This document shows positions 46,505-55,678 of a stretch of 64,000 nucleotides of DNA, piece after piece. The number at the start of each line of letters is the position of its first letter. Position 1 is the first letter of the stretch. The translations under genes and the position numbers were made by a program. The stretch comes from an uncultured Gammaproteobacteria bacterium (GTDB lineage Bacteria; Patescibacteriota; Microgenomatia; UBA8517), in NCBI GenBank assembly GCA_964599625.1, contig CAZRGC010000003.1:3816-67815 (forward strand). Reading direction: 5' to 3'. Under the pieces are notes generated by a model. That model did not search any database and had not been told where the DNA came from. It saw only the letters and a list, made by a program, of their open reading frames with translations.

Positions 46505-46957
46505 CTAAAACTTGATATCAAAGTTGAAAGGAGGTGGTTTTAGATGGCTTTGTTTAATGTCCAAGGAATTTATCTTGTCTTTTAGTGCTGAAAGCTCTAT
46601 TTGGGTTTGTTGTAGAACATTGACGCTTGGTGTTGAGCTGGGAAGGGTTATCGAGTTTGGTGTTGGTTTGGTTGTTTTTACCGGTGCGGGCGTGTTTCCT
46701 GCTGACCCAAATAAAAGACCCAAAACAATGATAAGAAACATCAAACCGAACAGTGTTGTTATTGTCCAAAAGATTAATTTATTAGAATAAAATTTGTTAA
46801 TCAGGTCTTGCAATGGGGGAGGTAATTTTGCGATTAACTTCAATAAAGCCTCTTTCCCCGGAATATTCAACGGTTTTTTTGTGTTGTTTTTGGGCACTGG
46901 AGGCACGGGGGGTGTCTGAATTGGGACTTGTTGCTGATTGTTTTGTTCAGGGTTCAT
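46505..46957 (-). CDS. Single-TM hypothetical protein, Pro/Gln-rich
   Basis: One TM; ATGA overlap with the upstream gene. Confidence 0.65.
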   Translation of the reverse strand: MNPEQNNQQQVPIQTPPVPPVPKNNTKKPLNIPGKEALLKLIAKLPPPLQDLINKFYSNKLIFWTITTLFGLMFLIIVLGLLFGSAGNTPAPVKTTKPTPNSITLPSSTPSVNVLQQTQIELSALKDKINSLDIKQSHLKPPPFNFDIKF

Positions 46958-47760
46958 TGTTGGTTTTGTATGTAGGCCGATATTTCTGTCAAAAACTGAT
47001 TGAACTGGGAAAGCGGCTTAACAGATTGTGACAGAGTTTGCAAAGCAGTATCAAAATCGCTTTCCGGTGAATACGATTGGCTGTATATGACTTGAATTTG
47101 TGTCAGTCCTTTTTCTTCATTGGCTTTAAGAGTGGCAATCGTCGTATCGATGTCTGTAAGCCAGTGGTTGAATGGGTTGAGTGTCAATTTGCCCGCTGCC
47201 ACACCTTGGTCAATAAGACCCCTTAAAGTTGCATATAGTTGTTCGTGTCTTTGTCTCAAAGTTTTTTCTTGTCCCAAAGTAATATCAAAAAGCGACTCGT
47301 CGATTATCAAAATAGTTTTTGAATTATATCTTGCCTTAACCTCGTCACTTTTTGCAAAAAGACTTTCAATCGAATCGTCGTCTTTGTAGTTGGTTTTGTG
47401 ATTTGAGTACCAAGCTACTTCCTGGTCGATTTTGGTGTAAATATTATCCCTGACCGGTCCTTCAAGTCCAGGCTGCTCAGAGAGGTTTGCTCGTAGTGCT
47501 GTAAGATAGACAACTGTGAGCTGATCACGGTTTCTAAGCATATTTAGAGCTTTTAGCTTGGCTTCTTCTTTTAGTCTTAAGGTTTGGTTGGCTGTATATG
47601 CGTTTTTCGCATCTTGAAACTCTGTGAAAGACTGGTCATAAATGGTCCGATTGTACTGATAATCTTGATAGGCCCTTTCGTAAGTTAATGATTGGGCACT
47701 TATGTTGGTAACAAATATAAACGTAAGTAGAATCGATGTGAATACTGTAATCTTTTTCAT
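46954..47760 (-). CDS. Secreted all-helical hypothetical protein
   Basis: Signal peptide MKKITVF...ISAQ followed by heptad helices. Confidence 0.7.
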   Translation of the reverse strand: MKKITVFTSILLTFIFVTNISAQSLTYERAYQDYQYNRTIYDQSFTEFQDAKNAYTANQTLRLKEEAKLKALNMLRNRDQLTVVYLTALRANLSEQPGLEGPVRDNIYTKIDQEVAWYSNHKTNYKDDDSIESLFAKSDEVKARYNSKTILIIDESLFDITLGQEKTLRQRHEQLYATLRGLIDQGVAAGKLTLNPFNHWLTDIDTTIATLKANEEKGLTQIQVIYSQSYSPESDFDTALQTLSQSVKPLSQFNQFLTEISAYIQNQQ

Positions 47761-47792
47761 TAGAAGTGTTAAAAATTATTGTATCATTTTTT

Positions 47793-47811
47793 GAGGCCAG
47801 AGCGGGAATCG
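47793..47811 (-). repeat. Duplicated 19-bp tRNA-Cys 3' end (att-like direct repeat)
   Basis: GAGGCCAGAGCGGGAATCG at 47793-47811 is identical to 47873-47891. Confidence 0.85.
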
Positions 47812-47873
47812 TATACAAAATACGACCTTGATATCCGCATTATCGATTGACAATATGGGCTCGAATTCATGAG

Positions 47874-47945
47874 AGGCCAGAGCGGGAATCGAACCCGCGC
47901 ATGGCGGTTTTGCAGACCGCAGCGTTTCCACTTCGCCATCTGGCC
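47874..47945 (-). tRNA. tRNA-Cys(GCA), CCA not encoded
   Basis: GGCCAGA TGGCGAAGTGGAAACGC T GCGGT CTGCAAA ACCGC CATGC GCGGG TTCGATT CCCGC TCTGGCC T folds as a cloverleaf with anticodon GCA and U discriminator. Confidence 0.95.
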
Positions 47946-48015
47946 AGAAACACTATTTTAACTTATTAGCTTTGGGTTTCAAAGCTTTACTGTTAACAAT
48001 CATGCGCGGATTTTT

Positions 48016-48417
48016 TTATTTCCCAACTGCTCTAACTGTAACCTTTTTGGGTTTTGCCGCTTCTGCTTTTGGAATGGTCACGAAAACTACGCCGTGTTTT
48101 ACCTCAGCATCGGTATTTTGCCATTCCCCTCCGCTTAGTGCTGTTGTATAGTAATACTGGTAACTTGAAGATTTCACATCTTCTTTGGTTTTTTCTTCCT
48201 TGACGGATTCTGCTTTGATCGTCAAAACTCCGTCTTCGATGTTTACTTCAACGTTTTCAGCAGGAACACCCGCCACAACAGCCTCCACGATCAGATTTTT
48301 GTCAGTTTCGTGGATTTTTAGACCCCTTTGGATGTTTGGAAAGCCGTCATCAAAATCATCCATCCACCTGGGTAAAGAAAAAATGCTTCTAGTTGGATCG
48401 TATCTAACTATATTCAT
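48016..48417 (-). CDS. Hsp20/alpha-crystallin small heat shock protein
   Basis: IHETDKNLIVEAVVAGV...EDGVLTI...AEVKHGVVFVTIPK; strong SD AGGAGGTGA. Confidence 0.92.
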   Translation of the reverse strand: MNIVRYDPTRSIFSLPRWMDDFDDGFPNIQRGLKIHETDKNLIVEAVVAGVPAENVEVNIEDGVLTIKAESVKEEKTKEDVKSSSYQYYYTTALSGGEWQNTDAEVKHGVVFVTIPKAEAAKPKKVTVRAVGK

Positions 48418-48434
48418 GTATATTCACCTCCTTT

Positions 48435-48493
48435 CTGGCACTCTATAGATCTGAGTGCTAAACAATATTATTTAATATTTTTTTTGTTGTCAA
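48435..48493 (-). promoter_or_regulatory. Sigma70 promoter plus CIRCE for hsp20
   Basis: Minus strand TTGACA(48493-48488)-N17-TAATAT, then TTAGCACTC-N9-GAGTGCCAG (48461-48435). Confidence 0.88.
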
Positions 48494-48522
48494 GACCTCT
48501 GTGCTTTGATAAACTCGGCTGA

Positions 48523-49413
48523 ATGAAAAACCTCAAAACGGCTACAATTTTTATATTTTCCTTACTTCTACTGTTGGGTACTATTTTTTTTGTTTTAGGT
48601 TTCACAAAACCAAAACCTGCTGGAGTTAGTGTCAAAACAAGCCCTGAATCCAATGTTTATTTAGACGGAGTTCTTGTAGGAAAAACTCCATTTAAAACTA
48701 CCCATGCTCCTGGAGAAGTTTCTATAAAACTTGTACCAGAGTCAGGCGAGAAAAAGCTCCTTACCTTTGAAACAAAAATAAGCCTGGTTGCAGGTGTTGA
48801 AACCTTGGTTAGGAGGGAATTTGGTGAGACAGAGGATGGCTCTGCCGGTGATATTATTTCTTATGACAAAACGTCCTCTGGTGAAACTAGCCTGGTTGTA
48901 GTGACAACTCCCGCAGACGCTCAAATATCACTTGATGGCGTTCCAAGGGGATTCTCTCCCTACAAGACATCGGTTATTTCACCGGTAACTCACCTGGTGA
49001 GTATAAAGTCGCCTGGTTATAACGAACGATCTATCACCTTGGTGGTGGCTCAAGGTTTAAGGCTCACTGTTTTTGCAAAACTTTCAAAAGCAAAAGAAAT
49101 GGTTTTGGAACCGACACCAACACCTAGTCCGGAAAAGGTTGTCTATGTTGAAATTTTGAACACCCCGACAGGGTTTTTAAGAGTGCGTACACAGCCTGGA
49201 TCAAGTGGTGACGAAATAGCTGAAGTTAAGCCTGGAAGTAAATACTTGTTTTTGCAAAAGGACGAAGCGAGTGGGTGGTACCAAATTCAATATGGAGAAG
49301 CCAAACCGGGACTACCAAACGGAATTACAGGTTGGGTGGCCGGACAATATGCAAAACTGGTTAATGGCAACGGGGATGCGGTAGATCTGCCTTCGGAGAC
49401 ATCAGATCCCTGA
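48523..49413 (+). CDS. PEGA-domain plus SH3-like surface protein
   Basis: TM; two PEGA repeats (TSPESNVYLDG..VGKTP; TTPADAQISLDG..RGFSP); C-terminal FLRVRTQP...GWYQI...GWV. Confidence 0.85.
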   Translation: MKNLKTATIFIFSLLLLLGTIFFVLGFTKPKPAGVSVKTSPESNVYLDGVLVGKTPFKTTHAPGEVSIKLVPESGEKKLLTFETKISLVAGVETLVRREFGETEDGSAGDIISYDKTSSGETSLVVVTTPADAQISLDGVPRGFSPYKTSVISPVTHLVSIKSPGYNERSITLVVAQGLRLTVFAKLSKAKEMVLEPTPTPSPEKVVYVEILNTPTGFLRVRTQPGSSGDEIAEVKPGSKYLFLQKDEASGWYQIQYGEAKPGLPNGITGWVAGQYAKLVNGNGDAVDLPSETSDP

Positions 49414-50373
49414 AATAGAGACCCCGCTATATAAAACCCAGTAAACAACGAAAATCCAAACACCTATTGCTGCTATCAATGCCTTGTCGGTCAATAGCAA
49501 TCTTTCTGGTGTTTCGCTTTTGCCTTCGAAAATCAGAAATTCGTATCGCATTATCCCGAAAATTGTAATTGGGATTGTTATCATTAGTAGTTTGTCTATA
49601 GTTGTTGTGCGGCTAAGCTCGGCAAGAACCAACCAAAACGGGAGAGTTGCTTTTGGGCTCTCAAAAAAAGTAAAAAGAGCCCAACTCATCCAAGAGGCGT
49701 TGCCAAACATTGTGACGTACGAGTTGAGTAGTTCTTTTTTGTAGTTGTCTAAGCTTTTACGTGTAAGAGACGTCTGTGTTTGAGGAAGGTTGAGTTCGGC
49801 CCTCCTTTTTCCGGACGCCAGGAATAAAGCGGTTGATATTACACAAAGCAAAAACCATACCGAAAGATGTGCGTTTATGGCAAATGCTCCTGCGTAAACC
49901 CGTATAATAAAACCTGTTGCGATAATAAGAATGTCTAAAATTGCGATGTTTTTAAGAAACATGCTGTAAAAAAGTTGCAATATAAGATATCCAATCACCA
50001 GCAAAAAGAAGATAGAGTTGAATGTAGCTGCCATAAAAAGCGCCACAGATGCCATCATAAGACCCTCTAAAAGCGCCAGAGGCACGGGCAACCTGCCAGA
50101 TGCTACTGGTCTAAAACGTTTAGTTGGGTGAAGTCTGTCGTTTTTTACGTCAAATATGTCGTTAATTATGTAAGTTGCAGATGTGGCAAAGCAGAAGGCG
50201 ACGAATCCCCAAAATACGTTTATAAAATGACCTTTATCAAAAATCTCACCGGTAAGAAGGATAGCCGCAAAAAGCGAAAGGTTTTTGACCCAATGAATAG
50301 GGCGCATAACTGCTATAGCAGCGCCAATCAACGATTTGCTTCCGATTGTTTTTTCGGTCGATATGTTAACCAC
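49402..50373 (-). CDS. UbiA family prenyltransferase (decaprenyl-phosphate phosphoribosyltransferase type)
   Basis: MRPIHWVKN, YIINDIFDVKNDRLHPTKRFRPVASG, LFLASGKRRAE; start position uncertain. Confidence 0.9.
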   Translation of the reverse strand: MVNISTEKTIGSKSLIGAAIAVMRPIHWVKNLSLFAAILLTGEIFDKGHFINVFWGFVAFCFATSATYIINDIFDVKNDRLHPTKRFRPVASGRLPVPLALLEGLMMASVALFMAATFNSIFFLLVIGYLILQLFYSMFLKNIAILDILIIATGFIIRVYAGAFAINAHLSVWFLLCVISTALFLASGKRRAELNLPQTQTSLTRKSLDNYKKELLNSYVTMFGNASWMSWALFTFFESPKATLPFWLVLAELSRTTTIDKLLMITIPITIFGIMRYEFLIFEGKSETPERLLLTDKALIAAIGVWIFVVYWVLYSGVSISGI

Positions 50374-51416
50374 AGAATCAGCCCTCCAATTATGGCGGCT
50401 ACACCGATCATTGTATATATCTTAGTGGTTGTATTCAAATTCAGCGCCATAAAACCCAAAAGAGAAGTCAGCACCCAATAAAAAATCGCTACTTGTTGTT
50501 TGGTCATTCCAAAATCCAAAAGCCTGTGGTGGAGGTGTCCACGGTCTCCCCAGACAGGAGACTTTCCGGAAACAATTCTTCTTACCACAGTATATCCAGT
50601 ATCAATAAGTGGAACACCAAGTACAACCATGAGTGCACCAACCTTTGTAGTGGAGAGGATCGATAAAACAGCCAGCAAATAACCCGCCAAAGTACTACCG
50701 CCATAACCGGGCATAATTTTTTGGGGGAACACATGCCATGGTAAAAAACCCAAGTATGCCCCTGAAGTTATTGCTGCAAGGATGATAACGGGCCATTGTG
50801 TGATATCTGCTGAGTATCTAAGTGAAAGAAAGGCTATTGTAAGGGCTGCGATAACCGTGACTCCGCTCATTTGGCCATCAACGCCCTTCGCGCCCATGTT
50901 TACAATGTTCATTAAGAAGGTGACCCATATAACCGCAAGAATGTTGCTTAAAAAAGAAAAAGTGTAGCTGTTCCCAAAAAACTGAAACGACATCTGGGGT
51001 CCAGTCAAATCGATGACACCACCCAAAGGGTTGCTTATAAAGGAAATACCAATTCCACAGGCAACGGGAATGCTGGCAGATATGATTCCAATTATAAGTC
51101 TTAGATATGGATTCAGGTCGTATTTATCGTCCAGAAAGCCCATCAATACAAGCCCCAACGCTCCAAAAATAATACCTATTGTTTGTTTGTCGGTTGGTAA
51201 AAATATTAATACTGAAGTCAAAAGTGACAAAAAAATTGGAATTCCACCTCCTCGTGGGATCGGGTAAGTATGGATAACTTTAGGGTGTTTGTTTTTGGAT
51301 GGATCATCAACAATTCCAAGTCTTTTAGCTAAGCGTATAACAACAGGAGTAACAAAAAAAGAAACAGCCGTTGAAACCAGCCATGGAATAATGAAAATAT
51401 ATCTAAGTTGTTCCAT
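50328..51416 (-). CDS. WecA/TagO-type polyprenyl-phosphate GlcNAc-1-P transferase (MraY family)
   Basis: IPRGGG, GFLDDK, NMGAKGVDG, KIMPGYGGS, DRGHLHHRLL. Confidence 0.9.
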   Translation of the reverse strand: MEQLRYIFIIPWLVSTAVSFFVTPVVIRLAKRLGIVDDPSKNKHPKVIHTYPIPRGGGIPIFLSLLTSVLIFLPTDKQTIGIIFGALGLVLMGFLDDKYDLNPYLRLIIGIISASIPVACGIGISFISNPLGGVIDLTGPQMSFQFFGNSYTFSFLSNILAVIWVTFLMNIVNMGAKGVDGQMSGVTVIAALTIAFLSLRYSADITQWPVIILAAITSGAYLGFLPWHVFPQKIMPGYGGSTLAGYLLAVLSILSTTKVGALMVVLGVPLIDTGYTVVRRIVSGKSPVWGDRGHLHHRLLDFGMTKQQVAIFYWVLTSLLGFMALNLNTTTKIYTMIGVAAIIGGLILWLTYRPKKQSEANR

Positions 51417-51772
51417 TAAAAAAACCCGACCAATATAACCACTTTTACAAACGTAATTAGCATTAGAAGAGTAAACAAAAACGAACCAAAAACCAAAGCC
51501 TGTTTCACAAATTTGTCGCTCGTTTTGTATGTGATAAACAAGTTAACTAAAGTTACGCTCAGCGAAAGCCCTGGGACCAAAAGAAGGCCGATTTGAGAAA
51601 TAATTTGTTTCTCCCCCGAGGGGTTGCCATACAGAAATGGCACCACAGGTGGAAGAAAACTACCCAGAAGAATGTATATTACAAGAGTGAGTAGGGCGCC
51701 AAAAAGAGATGTGTAGATATACTCTTTAAACGGGACACCTTCCAATGAAGTGAGTTTAGACTTGTTTGCCAT
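51416..51772 (-). CDS. Small membrane protein (DUF1648-like)
   Basis: Three TMs with LPPVVPFLYGNPSGEKQ; start 7 nt after TAAAAT. Confidence 0.65.
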   Translation of the reverse strand: MANKSKLTSLEGVPFKEYIYTSLFGALLTLVIYILLGSFLPPVVPFLYGNPSGEKQIISQIGLLLVPGLSLSVTLVNLFITYKTSDKFVKQALVFGSFLFTLLMLITFVKVVILVGFF

Positions 51773-51797
51773 CAGGCTGATTTTACTACAATAGCGA

Positions 51798-53297
51798 CTA
51801 CCTAACCAAATCCAACCTGGAGTAAATATTCGCGTTACCAATTTGATTTATAAGCAGGTAGCGTTTTCTGAGAAAATTTTCAATTTCTGGTAACGGATGC
51901 CCTGATACCATAACTATAAACTTAGGAGGATTTTCCATAACTGCATTGGCAGTATCTGACCTATTGGAAAAGTCTGCAACGTGATAGGGCACAGTATATT
52001 TAATGGGAGGCAATCTTTTAGACAGCGCGTATACAGCCGCAGAGTCCGGATCCCACATAAATACTTTATCTTTGGGGTGGCTGGAGTTTGCTATAAACTC
52101 TGCAATTTCATAGTTCCGGTTTGTGGATGCAGAAAAACTTTGGAAATACTGTGTTTTGGTTATTTTGTCGGCTGCGAAGTCAACAAATCTCAAGTAATAG
52201 CTTGAAGTCGGGTAAAAATAGAACCTGTAATAAACAGGTACCAAGAAAGACAGAACAAGTGGGATAATCACCAAAACTTGATCAAAAGTTTCTTCTGTAA
52301 AAAACATAGCCATAAGGATAGCCATGGGAGCGACGTTTTGAATCAAATAATGCGGGTAGGGACGTTCCGACAACGTGACTGCAAAAAGTGCAAAAATAAC
52401 CCACAAACAAAGGAATATAAATCTTTTTGAAAGTTTGGCTCTTTTTATGAACAAGATTAACGAACCCAAAACCACAATCATCGCTCTTGTAATCAAGGGA
52501 GCGTTTTTGGCAAAAAAAGATTTCTGAGCATCGTCAGGTCTGAAACTGCTTAAGTAGCCAACGTTTTGCAAAAAGGCTGCTTTGACATATTCGGGTCCCG
52601 CGCCGGCCAAAAGATAATAGATTATAGATACAGCAATGGGAGCCAAAACTCCAAGTCCAAGCACAAAAACGTTTTTTATTGTCTTTCTCCAGTTTTTCAG
52701 GTCTGTTGTAAGCCAATAAATCACAATAACAGGCACCTCAAAGACAGCCGGGACTTTAAAAAGCGTTGCGATTCCAAAAAGAAATCCTGCCCAAAAAACT
52801 TTGGATATCTTGAGGTTTTCATCAAGAAGTATCAGAAAAGCGATTATTGAAGGCCCGATCATAAAAAGTTCTGCGTTAACTGTATTTCCTTCGAGAAGGG
52901 GAATTGTTGTGAGTACTGCAAAAACAAGTGTGGATATTTTTACTGGTTTGTCTTTGCCTTTAAATATTTTTTCGGACAGCCTATAAAAGTAATATACTGT
53001 CACCAAACTCCAGAAGGCTAAAATAGCCTTAAACCAAAAAAGATTTGAAGCAATTGCCGCTGTCAAGTAAAGGAGAGGTGGTTTATTGTCATGCAAATCT
53101 TTATATAAAGTCACTCCTTGTTGCACCCCTTGACCCATAGTTAAATAAATCATCTCGTCACCGTAATAGTATGGTTCGAAAAAGCTTGGTATTCTAAGAA
53201 GCATTATAAAAACCATGCCAAAAAGTAACCAATTAGGCATGTCAGGCAAATGAAGGATGTCTCCCAGTTTATGAAGCTTATTCCACAACAATCTCAT
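51798..53297 (-). CDS. GT-C (ArnT/PMT-like) membrane glycosyltransferase
   Basis: YGDEMIY, LYKDLHDNKPPLLY, NAELF, YPHYLI; many TMs; start 7 nt after TGaTAAACT. Confidence 0.85.
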   Translation of the reverse strand: MRLLWNKLHKLGDILHLPDMPNWLLFGMVFIMLLRIPSFFEPYYYGDEMIYLTMGQGVQQGVTLYKDLHDNKPPLLYLTAAIASNLFWFKAILAFWSLVTVYYFYRLSEKIFKGKDKPVKISTLVFAVLTTIPLLEGNTVNAELFMIGPSIIAFLILLDENLKISKVFWAGFLFGIATLFKVPAVFEVPVIVIYWLTTDLKNWRKTIKNVFVLGLGVLAPIAVSIIYYLLAGAGPEYVKAAFLQNVGYLSSFRPDDAQKSFFAKNAPLITRAMIVVLGSLILFIKRAKLSKRFIFLCLWVIFALFAVTLSERPYPHYLIQNVAPMAILMAMFFTEETFDQVLVIIPLVLSFLVPVYYRFYFYPTSSYYLRFVDFAADKITKTQYFQSFSASTNRNYEIAEFIANSSHPKDKVFMWDPDSAAVYALSKRLPPIKYTVPYHVADFSNRSDTANAVMENPPKFIVMVSGHPLPEIENFLRKRYLLINQIGNANIYSRLDLVR

Positions 53298-53383
53298 ACA
53301 AATCAGTTTATCATATGGGTATAAAAAAATACGCAATCTAAAAAAAGATCCAATCAGCCTCTGATGCGGTATAATAATAAACT

Positions 53384-54322
53384 ATGAAAAGAGTGGTTGT
53401 GACAGGTGGCGCAGGGTTTATTGGCTCGCACTTGTGTGAGAGATTGGTGGGTGAAGGATTTTTTGTGACATGTGTAGATAACCTTATTACAGGTTCCGAG
53501 AAAAATATTGAAGCTCTTAAAGGCAGTGATAACTTCAGATTTGAAAAACTCGATATAACTTGGGAGTGGAAAAATTTGGGCGACATAGATTATATCTTTC
53601 ATTTGGCGTCGCCGGCTTCTCCGATTGATTATCAAAAACACCCAGAAGAAACAGCGGAGGTGAACAGTATGGGCACAATTGGTTTACTTAAACAAGCAAG
53701 ATCTCACTCGGCCAAATATCTTTTAGCTTCTACGTCAGAAGTTTATGGTGACCCGAACGTTTCGCCGCAAAAGGAAGACTATTGGGGCAACGTCAACAGT
53801 TTTGGTCCCAGAAGTTGCTATGACGAAAGCAAAAGGTTTGCAGAAACAATGACTTATATTTACATACAAAAATACGAAGTAGATGCCAGAATAGTGCGCA
53901 TTTTTAATACGTATGGCCCAAAAATGCAGAAAGACGACGGTAGGGTAGTTAGCAACTTTATTAACCAAGCAATCAACGGAGAGGATATCACTGTTTACGG
54001 CGATGGCCTTCAAACGAGATCCTTTTGCTATATAAGCGATATGGTTGAAGGAATTTATAAAGCGATGTTTGCAGACAACACAAAAAGTGAGGTAATAAAT
54101 CTTGGAAATCCAGATGAATTCACCATGCTTGATCTTGCACAAAAGATAAAGACCATGACGGATTCACAATCTAAAATCGTTTTTAAAGATCTCCCACAGG
54201 ACGACCCTAAGCAAAGAAGGCCAGATATTTCAAAGGCCGGAAGTTTACTAGATTGGAAACCGGTCGTCTCTGTTGAAATGGGTTTAGAAAAGACAATTAG
54301 CTACTACAAGAGTATTCAATAA
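53384..54322 (+). CDS. UDP-glucuronate decarboxylase (UDP-xylose synthase family SDR)
   Basis: VTGGAGFIGSHL, HLASPASP, ASTSEVYG, GPRSCYDESKR, RIFNTYGP, DDPKQRRPDI. Confidence 0.92.
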   Translation: MKRVVVTGGAGFIGSHLCERLVGEGFFVTCVDNLITGSEKNIEALKGSDNFRFEKLDITWEWKNLGDIDYIFHLASPASPIDYQKHPEETAEVNSMGTIGLLKQARSHSAKYLLASTSEVYGDPNVSPQKEDYWGNVNSFGPRSCYDESKRFAETMTYIYIQKYEVDARIVRIFNTYGPKMQKDDGRVVSNFINQAINGEDITVYGDGLQTRSFCYISDMVEGIYKAMFADNTKSEVINLGNPDEFTMLDLAQKIKTMTDSQSKIVFKDLPQDDPKQRRPDISKAGSLLDWKPVVSVEMGLEKTISYYKSIQ

Positions 54323-54329
54323 GCTGCCC

Positions 54330-55277
54330 ATGGGTGAAAGCAAATTTGCAGATGAAGTCAAAAGGTTCGCTTCAAAAGATTTGAGTTTAGCCGACTGGAA
54401 AAGTGAAGTGACAAGGCTTACCAGAAGAGAAGAAATCTATCGACAATTGGGTACAGGTATGTCTGTCTCTGAGGTGGTGGAGACGGTAAGAGAATACGAA
54501 GGGAAAATTGAGCTTCCAAAGTTGTTGAACGCTTTAGTCGAAAACGAATTCGTAGTGGTTCCGGAGATGATTGCAATTGCCGAAGATGTAGGTAAAAACC
54601 TTCGCAAAGAGTTTCGGTTTTTTGAGGCGTTTGTCCTCGCTGGTGGCTCTGTTCATGGTGGGTCTTCTTTAAAAAAAACAATAACAGGATATGGTCCTCA
54701 CGATATTGATTGGGGGTTTATTTACAAAGGCGGGGAACCGGAAATGTCAGAAAGACAAAAAGTATTGGACAAAACCAGGAAAATTCTTCCCGACATCTCT
54801 AAAAAACATGGTTTCTCTAAAGGAGTTTCAAGTGATGGGTTTTTAAATGGGGTAATATTTAATAGACCCATACTAAATTCCGACTCGGCCCGTAAATTAA
54901 TAGTTGGAATGTCAGCTGAGAGTGGTGTTGACGTTTGGCAAACAGGTTTGTATTTTGAACCATCTTTCCCATCAAGCGTCAATGAAGAAAACAGGAGATA
55001 TATTTTGGAATCGTTAAGGGATTTGTATAAAAAAGATAAAAATTTAGGATTGGAAGTTTTTAATAAAATCATGCGAGGTTGGAGACACTTGCACAAAATG
55101 GAAACAAAACATTTGGGTCGAACTGGTGACAGTGCAAACAAAAATATGGATTTACAATCAAAGCTCTCAGAAGAAAGTGCGGGAGTGATGGAGATTGCTA
55201 TGTGGGTGTTACTTAAGTCTGCAATGGCCGGAAACATTTATGCTAAACCATTAGTGTATAATCCCAACCATGGTTGA
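54330..55277 (+). CDS. Hypothetical protein with a possible nucleotidyltransferase-like motif
   Basis: FVLAGGSVHG...HDIDWGFI resembles hG[GS]..DxD. Confidence 0.5.
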   Translation: MGESKFADEVKRFASKDLSLADWKSEVTRLTRREEIYRQLGTGMSVSEVVETVREYEGKIELPKLLNALVENEFVVVPEMIAIAEDVGKNLRKEFRFFEAFVLAGGSVHGGSSLKKTITGYGPHDIDWGFIYKGGEPEMSERQKVLDKTRKILPDISKKHGFSKGVSSDGFLNGVIFNRPILNSDSARKLIVGMSAESGVDVWQTGLYFEPSFPSSVNEENRRYILESLRDLYKKDKNLGLEVFNKIMRGWRHLHKMETKHLGRTGDSANKNMDLQSKLSEESAGVMEIAMWVLLKSAMAGNIYAKPLVYNPNHG

Positions 55278-55641
55278 CCGAAAAAACGATAGCGAAAGTG
55301 GTGAAGAGGTGAAAATGCAACCTTGGCCTTCAAGGGTTGTGGTAAGTCCTTTGGAAAACGCACTCCATCACTGGCTTGACTGGGGAGATATTTCAAGACT
55401 TCGCGGGGAATACGATTTTCCTTATCAGGTGGCCCAATTGGATGCAGAAGAGCTGGCAAAAAAATTTTCAAGAGAGTCTGATTTGGAAAAGTTTAAAGAG
55501 GCTCAATCTGTGATCAAAATTTGGAACAGTGACCCCGAAGGTTTCAAAAACCCATATGACGGGGGTGAAAGCATCCCTCAACGTGTCAAGCCAAATGTTC
55601 AGGTAAAAAGAGAGGTTTTAGTTGAAGTAAAAGAAAGGTAA
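55270..55641 (+). CDS. Hypothetical protein (123 aa)
   Basis: ORF overlapping the upstream stop by 8 nt. Confidence 0.55.
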   Translation: MVDRKNDSESGEEVKMQPWPSRVVVSPLENALHHWLDWGDISRLRGEYDFPYQVAQLDAEELAKKFSRESDLEKFKEAQSVIKIWNSDPEGFKNPYDGGESIPQRVKPNVQVKREVLVEVKER

Positions 55642-55678
55642 ACTGTGGAGGGTTCACGCGGGTTGGTTTTTTTGAAAC

